DNA from: Ostrea edulis | Taxonomy: Eukaryota | DNA: 64,000 nucleotides | Assembly: GCF_947568905.1 (NCBI RefSeq) | Contig: NC_079169.1 | Span: 38,130,001 to 38,194,000, forward strand | Direction: 5' to 3' | Shown: positions 1-12,400 of the stretch, piece after piece | Layout of the letters: every line of letters starts with the position of its first letter | Position numbering within the stretch: position 1 is the first letter of the stretch | The notes under the pieces: model-generated | The model's input: only the letters and a program-made list of their open reading frames with translations | Told to the model about the DNA's origin: nothing | Databases searched by the model: none | Translations under genes and position numbers: made by a program

Positions 1-3000
1 ACAGAGCTTTGGAGACCAGCTATTAGACCTGAGGTCTGACCGCCTGTCTGGTCGTTGATGTACATGTAATAACCATTCTGGTTTTTATATGTGTCGTCTG
101 TGTTTGGGGCCATGTTTCTGTTGGAAGATGTGGATAATCCATTAGCTCTTGTCCAATCAAACCGATCCAAAGGAAGTTCTTGCCAACCACAGGTGTCCTG
201 TTCAAATTTGCATGTTTGTGGACACTGGCTTTCATCCGAGTTGTCTTGGCAGTCTGACTGGAAGTTGCACACCTTGGATATTGGTATACACGTTCCATCA
301 CCACAGGCAAATTTACTATCGCCACATGCATTTGGATTTGGTGTAGTGGAAACTGCTGGGGTGATGGGTACAGAGCTTCCACACCCAGGGGTGAAGCTGA
401 CATCATCAATGGCAATATCCCCAAGATATCCCACTCCCACCACTCCTTCTATAACAACTTGGTAAGGTGTAGTGCTCTGCAGGCTTACTTCCAGTCTGTG
501 CCAGGTCTGATTCTGATTGGCTGAAATTGTCTTTAAGAGAACTGTTCCTCTGTTTAGAGTTTTGACGTAGATGTTGAGCTGACCAACATTCTTGCCATAC
601 ATGTGGTACCAAAGTCTCATTGCACAAGGAGATGTTGGGACATTCAAATTGTAAACCAACTGTGCTGTATCATTTGGTCTCTGAGGTCTAGAAGACTCAA
701 TGTACATGTAATATCCTGACCTTGTTCCAGAGGTATGATCTGCAGTTGGCCCTGTGTTGAGAGAATTGGTTGGTCCCTGATGTCTTTTCCAGTCAAACCT
801 ATCTGTGGTGGATTGCTGCCACCCACACAGTCCATACTCAAAGTTGCATTGCTGATATCCCGAACAGATGCTTCGACTCTCATCTGATCCATCGCAGCAG
901 TCTACCTGGAGGTCACATTTGAGATTTTGTGGCACACAGTTTCCTGAACGGCAGGTAAATTGTCCCATCAAACAGGAGGTGGTTGGAGGCAAATAATGAC
1001 ATTGAGTGAAAGCTAAGTCATCAATGGCAACATAGTTGGTTTGTCTTCCATATGTTGCTACTTCAATAGTAAGCTTGAAATTCATTGGACATTTTGGGAG
1101 TTGAACAGTTGCTTTTCTCCAGACCATTTGGGTGGATCTGAGCTGATATGCATTTCTTATCCATAAATTATTGTAACTCTCTCCCTCTGTGAAATACACC
1201 CCTAAATGTTGGATGCCCGTTCCATTTGTATTGTACCACATTGTGAAAGTGCAAGCAGTTCCTGCCTGATAGTACATGGGGCTTACCAGTCGGGCAATCT
1301 TGCGACTGCGATCTAAAGCTTTGGACTGGATAAGGGCAAACTTTCCTGCTGTAGAACTTGTGCTGTGGTCTGTTGTTGGACTGGGTGATGGGTTGTTGTT
1401 ACTTCCTATGGTCCAGTTCAGAGAGTTGCTCAAGTCATTCTGCCAGTTACAGAATTGTCCATTGTCAAAATTGCATGTACTAGGACAAGAACTTTCATCA
1501 CTCCCATCACTGCAGTCTCTTTTGAAGTCACAGAACATGGTAGCTTTAATGCACTGTCCATTTGTACACTGGCCTTTTCCAGCTCCACAAGGACCAATAG
1601 TGGTTAGAGTCTGGGGAAGATAGGACACAGGAGCCAGTTTACAGCCACTGGTGAAGGATACATCATCAATGGCAATGTCTCCATGATAACCTTTACCACG
1701 AACACCTTCAATCACCACTCTAAAAGGGAGCATGCTGGTTAGGTCAATCATTGCATGAATCCACATGTCAGGCTGAGAACCATTTCTCTGATAGATTAAT
1801 ATTCTTGGTCCCATTTCATATTTTTCGAAATACACATTTAATTCATTCACGTCTTGTCCATGCATGTGATAGAAGAATCTTAACTGACACAAGCCAGCCT
1901 GGGAATTAGCCTGAAACACTGGCGATATCAAACGTGCCGTATCACCTGGTAAACGTGGTGAAGATGTCTCAATGTAGACATAATGTCCAGATGAGGTCCC
2001 ATACGTATGATCAAAGTTTGGTCCCGTTCCTGGAGTGGCAGTGGTTCCTTGTTTCCATGTCCAGTCAAATCTGTCACTGATGTCTTGTACCCAGTTGCAA
2101 ATGTCAGTTTCAAAGTTGCATCTTTCCACATAGTTACTGCATCCAATCTCATCTGAATTATCACCACAGTCATTGGAGAAGTCACATCTTCTTGACATGT
2201 CCACACAAGATCCTCTCAAGCATTTAAACTGATTGGGAGCACATTGACCAATTTGTCCTAGTGCACATGTATTAAAGATCACATCGTCAATGGCTATGCC
2301 TCCTCTATTTCTGTCAAAGTTTCTTGCAACGAAAGCTAACCTGTATCCTGGACTTCGACTGCCAATTCCTACAGTGGCATTTTGCCATTGACTGCCCACA
2401 TTTCTTGATGATGTCCACAACCTGTAGAAGTTGGAGCTACTGGCAGTTGTTGGGTCAGAATTTGGAGGATACAAGAAGAGACTTAACTTGCTGAATGGTC
2501 CTACGTTGGTGTAGTAAGCAAAAGACACGGTACACGAGGCACTCAGATTGCCATACACTGGTGAAACCAATCTAGTGTCCGAGGCATAGGAACCAGAGGA
2601 ACCATCAATAAACATGTAGTTTCCTACTTGAGAGGTTCCATAAGTGTGATCATTTTGAGGCGTATTGAAGGAAGTTGGGGTTGAGGAATTATGCCTCTTC
2701 CAGATGTATCGTCCACCTTGTACAGGAGCCCATCCACAACTTGATTGTTCAAAGTTACACTGCCCACAAGCTGCCTCATCTGACCTGTCATTGCACTGAG
2801 GTATAAAGTCGCAGACTTGATAGGGAGTCACACAGGTCATATCACCACATTGGTGACCTCCTTTGCATGGTCCTAGAGTAGTGGGAACAGTGGTGGCAGG
2901 CGTTCCTAAGGGTAAGACTCCTGGATATGGGTGACAGTCTGAAGAGAAAGAAACATCATCAATGGCAATATCAGACAGATAGGAAGCTCCTGCTGTTGCT

Positions 3001-6000
3001 TCTATCACTACCTGGAATGGAGAGGAGGATCTTATGTTGACCACTTGTCTGGCATAGTAGGAGCCAATATTTCCATGCACGGAGAGAACATTAAATAATG
3101 GCCCATTTATCTGATTTCTGTAGTAGACAGTAAGTGTGTCTACATCTCTACCATACAAGTAGTAGAAGAATCGGAATTGGCAGTAGGGTTGAGCACTAGA
3201 TGCTTGGAAGGTGCGACTGGCAATCCTTGCTTTCTGTCCTGGTTTGACCGGTCTTGAGGTCTCTAAGTAGAGATAATGTCCAGTATTAGAGTTCAGAGTA
3301 TGATCTTTGGTCGGTCCGGTCAAGGCTGATGGTGTTGGACCACTGCGGAGAGTCCAGTCTCTATCATCATCTGTAAGCTGAGTCCAGTCACAAAGGCCAT
3401 GTTCAAAGTTACATCTGTTGTAGGCAGAGCAGGTGTTGTTGGCCTCATCTGTATTGTCCCCACAGTCATCAGAATAATCACACACCCGATTCTGGGAGAC
3501 ACAGGCTCCACTTGTACATTTAAATGTCACAAATGAGTTGCATGAAGAAGAGGTTGGGAATGCACAGCCTTGGAAGCTGATGTCATCTACTGCAATGTCA
3601 CCCACACCACTGTAAGTTCGCTGTCCAGTAATGATCACCTGGAATTGGGAGTGCATTCTTCCAATAGGAACAATGGCCTGCTTCCACACATTGCCCTGGT
3701 CTCCAGACAGATAGAAAATTTGAGTTCTAGTGAAACCAGTTAACTCTTTCAGATACACTCGGAGGATTTGGCTGCCTTTCATATGATACCAGAAAGTCAG
3801 CTGACAGGTGGTTGATGATTGGCCAATCACTGGACTTGTTAAATCTGCTAGTCTTGTATATACTCCTGCCTTGGGGGCCACATACTTGTAATACCCATTA
3901 GGTCCCAGTGTTGTATGGTCAGTCCTAGGTTGGTTGGTATTCTGAGTGGAGGATGATCCTTTGGATGTAATCCACTGGAATCCTGATGAGGTGCTGTTCC
4001 ATTTACAGGATGGATGACTCGGCTCAAAATCACAGTTAAAGCCACAATTCGATTCATCCTCACCATTTGGACAATCACTGTTGAAGTCACAGACACTGTT
4101 GATACTTGTCAAACACTGTCCATTGCCACATCTGAAGGGACAAGTTGGGTTAATTGTTGGATTGATACAGTGTCCAGCTGTGATGGAAATATCATCAATA
4201 GCAATGTCTCCTAGAACACCACCCACTACACCCTCTATCAGTATCTGGTAATCTCTACCATTAGTTGATGTAAACTCTACATTGCCTTGTTTCCATCCCC
4301 GACCTTGGTTTCCTGTGAGAGTAAACACTGAGTTTGGAGTGGATGTAAAAAAATACTGATAGATGTTGAGGGTTCCCATTTGTACTCCATACATATTGTA
4401 CCAGAAAGTCATACAGCGAACTGGGGTCTTTGAACTCTCAAATGTTTGGGAGGCAAGCCATGCCTTATCACCACGTTTTCTTGGAGCAGAAGCTTCGATA
4501 TAGATGTAGGTACCATAAATAGTCTTCAGTGTATGATCTGTGGACGGTCCAGTGCCTGTACTTGCAGTAGTTCCCCTAGCTCTCTCCCAGTCAAAAGTAT
4601 CATTTTGCTGGACATTGGTCCAAGTACACACATCACTCTCAAAGTCACAGCTTCCAGGAGGTGGGCAGGCACCACTGGCCAGCTTGATATCATCGATTGC
4701 AATATCCCCAGCATATCCATTGCCAATAACTCCTTCAAAAGTCAGCCTGAATGCCGCTGGGCTGTTAATAGACTTCTGTGCAATCCTCCATTTGTTGCCC
4801 TGATTTCCTGACATCGTCCAAATAGGATTTTGAAGCTGACTGGAGGTTCCTTGTTTCAGATACATATTCAGTGCACCAATGTTTCTTCCGTACATATTGT
4901 ACCAAAATGTTAGACAAGATCCAGTACCTGAGGTGGCAGGGAAGGATGGACTGTCAATTCTTGCTTTGTCATTCCTTCTCCTTGGAGCAGACGATTCAAT
5001 GTACACATAATGCCCACTTGCCGTTCCATAGGTATGATCGCTTACTGGTCCAGTGCCTCTGCTAGCTGTACTTGATGAATGTAGTGCCCAGTCAAATTGA
5101 TCAGACACATCTTGGGTATATCCACACATTCCATACTCAAAGTCACAAGTCAAGGACCCTGGACATAAACCCTGGTTTAGTGAAATGTCATCCAGAGCAA
5201 TATCTCCTTGGTAACTGACACCTGCTACACCCTCAAACACAAACTTCACTTGTCCTTGACTTTGGAGATGGACCTGGGCATATTTCCAGAATAATCCTTG
5301 GTTTCCATGCTTGTTCCACAGGAGCTGTCTCCTTGTGGAGGACACATTTTGGACATATAGGTTGAGATTGTTGATGTGAGCTCCATGCATGTTGTACCAG
5401 AATTTCAGGCACACACCAGCAGACTTGACATACACAGAGGGACTAATTATTCTAGCTGTTGTATTTGGGAGCTTTCCTGACACTTCAATGTAGATGTAAT
5501 GGCCTAGATTATTTTTCAATGTGTGGTCAGATACTGGTCCAGTGCCACCTGAACTGGTTGATCCATTTTTCATTGTCCAATTGAAATCATCTCCTACATC
5601 TTGGTTCCAAGAGCAGAGACCTGACTCAAAGTCACAGTCCACCGCTGTTCTGGGGAAGACTGCAGGGGTTGTTCCCATAGAGATAGCAGATGTTGGTGTT
5701 GTGGCAGAGCAAGGGTTTGCAGAAATAAGGATATCATCAATGGCAATGTCACCTGTATAGTTTCCACCATAAACTCCTTCAAATATTATACTGTATTCAT
5801 GATTAGACACAAAGTTTACTGCGGCCTGATGCCATGTATTTCCTTGGTTGCCGCTAAGACTGAAGGCCATGGTTTTCTGTTTGTTGAAGAAGTCCTGTTT
5901 GTAGATATTCAGTGATCCAATGCCAGCTCCATACATGTGATACCAGAAATAGAGACAGCTGCCCACAGTTCTTGTAAGAATGTCACTGACCAGCCAGGCT

Positions 6001-9000
6001 TTTTCTCCAACTTTCCTATTATTTCCAGAAGATTCAATGTACATGTAGTAGCCTGCTTTGGTTCCTAGGGTATGGTCTTCACTCGGTCCGGTTGTGGTAG
6101 ATGGTGTTCCTCCATAATCTCTAAGCCAGTCAAAATCATCTCCGGTCAATGCATTAGTCCATCCACAAGTGTCCTGTTCAAAAGTACAGGAGCCATCTGG
6201 TGGGCACCGGCCATCTGTGACCAGAAGATCATCAATGGCAATGTCACCCCTGTATCCTATCCCTCGAACTCCTTTGATGAGAATCTGGTACTGCTTGCCT
6301 GGGCTAGTCTTCAGTGATACTGTAGCTCTCCTCCATATATTCTCCTGGTCTCCATTTCTTGTCCAAACTTGATCTGGGATCTGAGAACCATTGTTACCTT
6401 GATACACATTCAAAGAACCAATGCTGGTTCCATACATGTGATACCAGAACCGTAAACATCTGGCAGCTCCACCATCGTAGAACCTACTGACCAAAATGGC
6501 CTGATCATTGGGTTGTCTTGGAGCTGAACTCTCAATATAGGCAAAGTGACCAGTGTTGGATCCAAATGTATGGTCAAATGGAGGACCTGTTCCTACAGAT
6601 GCTGTGCCATTCTGGCCAATTGTCCAGTCAAAATCATCCATTTGCGAGTTTGTCCAATCACAGAAGGTACCATCTTCAAAGTCACATCCAGGCTGTGGTG
6701 GGCACACACCATTGGTTATATTGAAATCATCAATAGCAATGTCACCTCGGTATCCATTACCAACAACGCCATTGACTGAAAGTCGGAAGTCAGTATTGGA
6801 TATGACCTGTCTCTGTGCCATTTTCCAAGCATCACCCTGGGTTCCATTTCTAGACCAAAACAGAGTTCTGTTGTTGTTTGTCACAAGGTAAATATTGAGA
6901 CTGCCAATGTTGTTTCCAAACATATAGTACCAAAATGTCAGACAATGGCCTTGGGGAGGTGTGGGGGGCAGATTGGCACTATCAAGGATAGCTACATCTC
7001 CTTTATGCCTCGGTGCTGAAGTCTCGATAAATGCATAGAATCCTTGTCCTGTTCCTGTAGTGTGGTCAAATTTTGGACCTGTTCCTACACTCTTGGTGGA
7101 TCCATTCAGTCTGGACCAGTCAAAGTCATCATCTACAGCCTGGTTCCAATTGCAGAAATTTTGAGAGAAATCACAAGCAAGGTTTGGAGGTGGAGCAAGT
7201 GGATAACAGTTGGCAAAGGTGATGTCATCAATAGCTATATCAGAAGTGGTGGAGGCAGAGAAGCCCCTCGATGGAAGGACTTCAAAGACGATACTGAACT
7301 GGCCAGTAGTCTTTCCAAGGGACTTGCCTATGTATGCAGTTCCCTTCTGCCATGCAGATCCATGGTTTCCACTTAATAGCAATAGAGTTTTCTTGGTACT
7401 GTTGACTAAGGCATTAACAATTAAGCTTCCTGTGTTTTGTCCATTAATGTTGTAGTAGAAGTACATTTCACAAGTGTCTGATGCAGGTGGCAGAGGTGGA
7501 CTCTGAAGTACAGCTCGACTCAAGAATACTCTGTAAGTTCCTTCCACATAAGCATAATATCCACCAGAAGTGTTGGTGCTATGGTCAGTTTGAGGTCCAA
7601 CAGCATTTCCAGTGTTCTGTGATCCAGAGTGTCTGGTCCAATTGTAACGTCCAGTGCTGAGGTCATTCCATCCACACAATCCATTTTCAAAGTTACAGGG
7701 TCCACATGTTGCTTCATCTGATCCATCTGTGCAGTCAGCAATCCAATTGCAGACTTTCTGGGTTGGTATGCAGGTAGTCTGGTCAGCACACTGAAAATTT
7801 CCACTTCCACATGGGCTGACAGTTGAAACAGTCGGAGGAATAGTTATAGAGGTGGCAAAGGTCTGGTTTGTTTTCTTGCAGCCTTTACTGAAGACTGTGT
7901 CATCAACAGCAATGTCACTGTAGTAACCGCTTCCTACCACTCCCTCCATCAAGACCTGGAATGGATATGGACTGATGAGATTGACAGTGGTCTTCACCCA
8001 CACATCTCCCCTATTTCCAGACACGGTGTACACTTTACTTAGATGTTTGTTGATGTCAAGTGTGTATACATTCAGAGTCCCCATGGTTCGACCATTCATA
8101 TTGTAATAGAATGTAATCATACACTGGTCTTGGGTTTGTGCTGTGCTGTACATGCTACTGAGGAGAACAGCATTATCTCCAAGTCTTCTGGGCCTGGAGG
8201 ACTCTATGTAGATGTACCCGCCAGATCGGAGCCCAGTGGTGTGGTCCCTAGAAGGTCCTGTGGATACTGATGGAGTGGGAGCATTTCGTCTGGTCCAGTC
8301 AAACTTATCTCCCCTGTCCTGCACCCAGTCACACAGAGAGGTAGAGAAGTCACAGCGAGATGGGAACTGGTCACAGTGAGCATTTGGTCCAATTTCATCT
8401 GTGTTATCTCCACAGTCATCAGTGTAGTCACAGACTCGAGACATGTCTACACAGGATCCACGCTGGCAAGTGAACTGAGTGGAGGGACATGAGCTCTGTA
8501 TTGGAGGAAGTCCACAATTCACAAAAGAAACATCATCAATTGCAATGTCTCCAATCACTGTGTAGCTACGATAGGCACGGAACTCAATGCTGAAAGGAGC
8601 AGTCCTACGACCAATGTTGACAGTGTACAAATTCCATTGGTTGCCTTGATTTCTGTAAAAGCTTGACAGGCGTGTCGATGTTCCTCCTGTGACAATATAG
8701 ACATATAATCGACCAATGTGGTTACCATACATATGATAGTAAAATGACATCTGACAGGTATCGGCTGCCTGTTGGAGAGTGGGGCCTCTCAGAGTGGCAA
8801 GCGAGTTGGCTTTTCCATTGCTGGCATCAACATACATGTAATAATGGGTAGCATCTCCATAAGTGTGGTCACTGGAGGGACCGGTATTGGCAGTCTCTGT
8901 TCCATTGTTGTGTCTTTCCCAGCGGAAGGATCCAGCACTGTTGTCAAACCAGCCACAAAGTCCTGTGCTTCCGTCAAACGTACAATTTCCACAGTTCTTC

Positions 9001-9454
9001 TCATCGACTCCGTTACTGCAGTCTTTGTTGAAATCACACTGCTGGCTCTGGGTGTAAGTAGTTCCATCCCCACAACTGAAGAATTTTGGTCCAAATGACC
9101 CAGAACAGGTTCCAGTGGTTAGACTGATATCATCAATTGCAATGTCCCCTGCGAATCCTTGACCCTCTACTCCTGTGAAGGTTAAAATGTACTCGAATCG
9201 GCTGGTGATGTTAACACTGGCTTGGAGCCACTTCTGTCCCGTGTTGCCTGTATTGGACCACAGAGAGATGGCATTTCCATACTGAGTGGAGCGTACGGAC
9301 TCCATTCTAATGCTGAGAGAGCCCACTTGGGTTCCATACATCAGGTACCAGAAAGAGAGACAGCTGGCAGAGGTGGCATTCAGAGTGGTGGACTGTAAAA
9401 TGGCTTTGTCTCCTGGCTTACGTGGAGCTGAAGCTTCAATATAGGCATAGTATC
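1..9454 (-). CDS. Exon 54: giant uninterrupted exon (15 complete + 2 partial MAM, 10 LDLa), runs off window start
   Basis: Acceptor tttacag|GA TAC TAT at 9454. The same frame (codon starts at positions 2 mod 3) holds at 9452, 5150, 2651 and 83. The ORF track has no terminated ORF in this frame, consistent with no stop codon. Confidence 0.93.
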
Positions 9455-12400
9455 CTGTAAAGAAAGTTATTCATTGGGTAATTAGAACATTTCCAATGCT
9501 TTTGCCTTCAATATCTACACCAATTGTACTAACAGGTATTCCCTCATGAATGCAATGAAGACATGAACAGTGTGTATGAATCTTAATAAACATAGTACAT
9601 CTATTTCAATGGCTGAAGATTCCAACAGAAATGAAAGTAGAATGTAAAGATAAGATACGAATTTCATTTGAAAATACATGAGGGTATGAACTGCAGCAAA
9701 ACTTCACACAGGCTTACTTTTCATTAAGTGTTAACTCTCTTCATAAAGTATGCTGGCATGAAGTATCACAGTTCATATCTTCATGCATTTTTTAAACAAG
9801 AGGCCCATAGGCCATATCACTCACCTGAGTCACCTTGGCCAATATCTGCAGATTTTCCCCTACAGATTTGCATGTAAAACATTGATCATCTATCCTACCA
9901 CTGTGATGTTAACAAACTTGAATCTGGACTATATCAGGAAGCTTACATGTAAATTTGAACTTTTCTGGTCCAGTGGTTCTTGAGATGAAGATTTTTAAAG
10001 ATTTTCCCTATACATTTGCATGTATAACTGATCCCCTATTGTGGCCCCATCCTACCACCAGGGGCCATGGTTTTAACAAATTTGAATACTTTTTTGTGAT
10101 TATCTTCCCTTTGAAGGGGACACAGCCCTTCATTTGAACAAATTTGAAAGCCCTTCACCCAAGGATGCTATTTGCCAAACTTGGTTGAAAATGGTCCAGT
10201 GGTTCTGGAGAAGAAGTCAAAAATGTAAAAAGTTTACAGACAGACAGAAAACAGGTAATCAGAAAAGCTCAGGCAAGCTAAAAATAAAATTTATTTTGTA
10301 AAAGTAAATCATTTTAACTGTAAACAGTTAAGAACTGAGATCGTATTCCTACTTCTTTTTTTGACAAGATTTTAAATATATGCATGCCTCTGCTCAATAC
10401 AAATTAAGATATCTATGTGTGATTTGAGTGTGAAGTTTTACCATTAGCATTTCCAACAGTGTGGTCCACTGAGGGGCCAGTTCTAGCACTTCCTGTGGCC
10501 CCCTTGTTTCTCAGCCAATCAAAATCATCACCAGTCATTGTATTGGTCCAGGTACAAAAATCTGTTTCAAAGTTACAGCTACCAGGTGCTGGACAGGCTC
10601 CATCTACAATGCTGACATCATCGATTGCAATGTCACCAAGATACGATCTTCCACGGATTCCCTCAAATGTAATCTGTGTGCACAAATAATGAAATGTCAG
10701 GGTAAGAAAATCTAATTTACATACAGTAAAACATGGTTACAGCAAAGTAATTTTCATATCCGGTAGATTTAAAATACAGTAAAACATACTTATAAGGAAC
10801 ATGTTTATAATGACTTCATGCTTATTGTGAAATGATATTTATTCTCTATGAGAGGAAAATGATAAAGTTTGGTTATAATAAATCATGTCTATAATGAATC
10901 AAAACTCTTCATGCTATAAATGTGTTTTACTGTATATCTATAATAACTATTAAACAAAAGTATTAATTTGAAAAAATTACTAAAAATAAACAACAATGCA
11001 CTACTAGATCCAAATTCTCTATAGGACTGTATTTTTCTCCATGACAATGAAGACAGTTCTGTTCACTGACCTGATACAGTGTATCACTATAAATAATAAA
11101 GACAGTTCTGTTCGCTGTCCTGATACAATGCATCACTATAAATAATAAAGACAGTTCTGTTCACTGACCTGATACAGTGTATCACTATAAATAATAAAGA
11201 CAGTTCTGTTCACTGACCTGATACAATGCATCACTATAAATAATAAAGACAGTTCTGTTCACTGACCTGATACAATGCATCACTATAAATAATAAAGACA
11301 GTTCTGTTCGCTGTCCTGATACAATGCATCACTATAAATAATAAAGACAGTTCTGTTCGCTGTCCTGATACAATGCATCACTATAAATAATGAAGACAGT
11401 TCTGTTCGCTGACCTGATACAATGCATCACTATAAATAATAAAGACAGTTCTGTTCGCTGACCTGATACAATGCATCACTATAAATAATAAAGACAGTTC
11501 TGTTCGCTGTCCTGATACGGTGTATCACTGTAAACAATAAAGACAGTTCTGTTCGCTGACCTGATACAATGCATCACTATAAATAATAAAGACAGTTCTG
11601 TTCGCTGACCTGATACAATGCATCACTATAAATAATAAAGGCAGTTCTGTTCGCTGTCCTGATACGGTGTATCACTGTAAACAATAAAGACAGTTCTGTT
11701 CGCTGACCTGATACAGTGTATCACTATAAATAATAAAGACAGTTCTGTTCGCTGACCTGATATGGTGTATCACTGTTGAGCGTGATCTGTCCAATACGCC
11801 ACATGTTGTACTGGTTCCCTGACCTTGTCCAGATTGCAGGTCTGAGAGTACCCTGGGAGAAGAGACGAATATTGAGAGTTCCGACTGTGCCATACATATG
11901 GTAGAAGAATGTCATGCAGCGACCGGTGGTGGGCGGGAATGTGGGTGACAAGAGGCGGGCCTTCTGACCAGGACGTCTCGGGGCCGATGTCTCAATGTAC
12001 ATGTAATAGCCTGTCAATAGGTAGACAAACTCGAATAAATTCCTAAACATTATGCTATAATATTACAAACGATTTTTTAAATTGTAATGTAAGGTTCCTT
12101 AATTTAAATCCAACCTATCAATCGATGATTATTATAAACCTGTTTAATAAAGCACCAAATGTGTGGTGAAGACATATTACCATCTTTTGTTCCGTAGGTG
12201 TGATCCACACTGGGCCCTGTGCCACGCGTTGTCGTGCCACCATTGTCTTTGACCCAATCAAAGTCATCGGTTTTGTCCTGTGTATATCCACAAACATTCT
12301 GGTCTTCAAAGTCACAAGTGTCTGTAAGAAAATAATACCTCTCACATTCATGAATAAATTGAATATTACAAGGACATAGTTGTAGTAATAACTTTAACAG

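Noticed and set aside
23-9098. Many short ORFs on both strands over the giant exon
   Set aside because: They are antisense or off-frame shadows of the MAM/LDLa frame (e.g. recurring SSMAMSP is the antisense of GDIAIDD).
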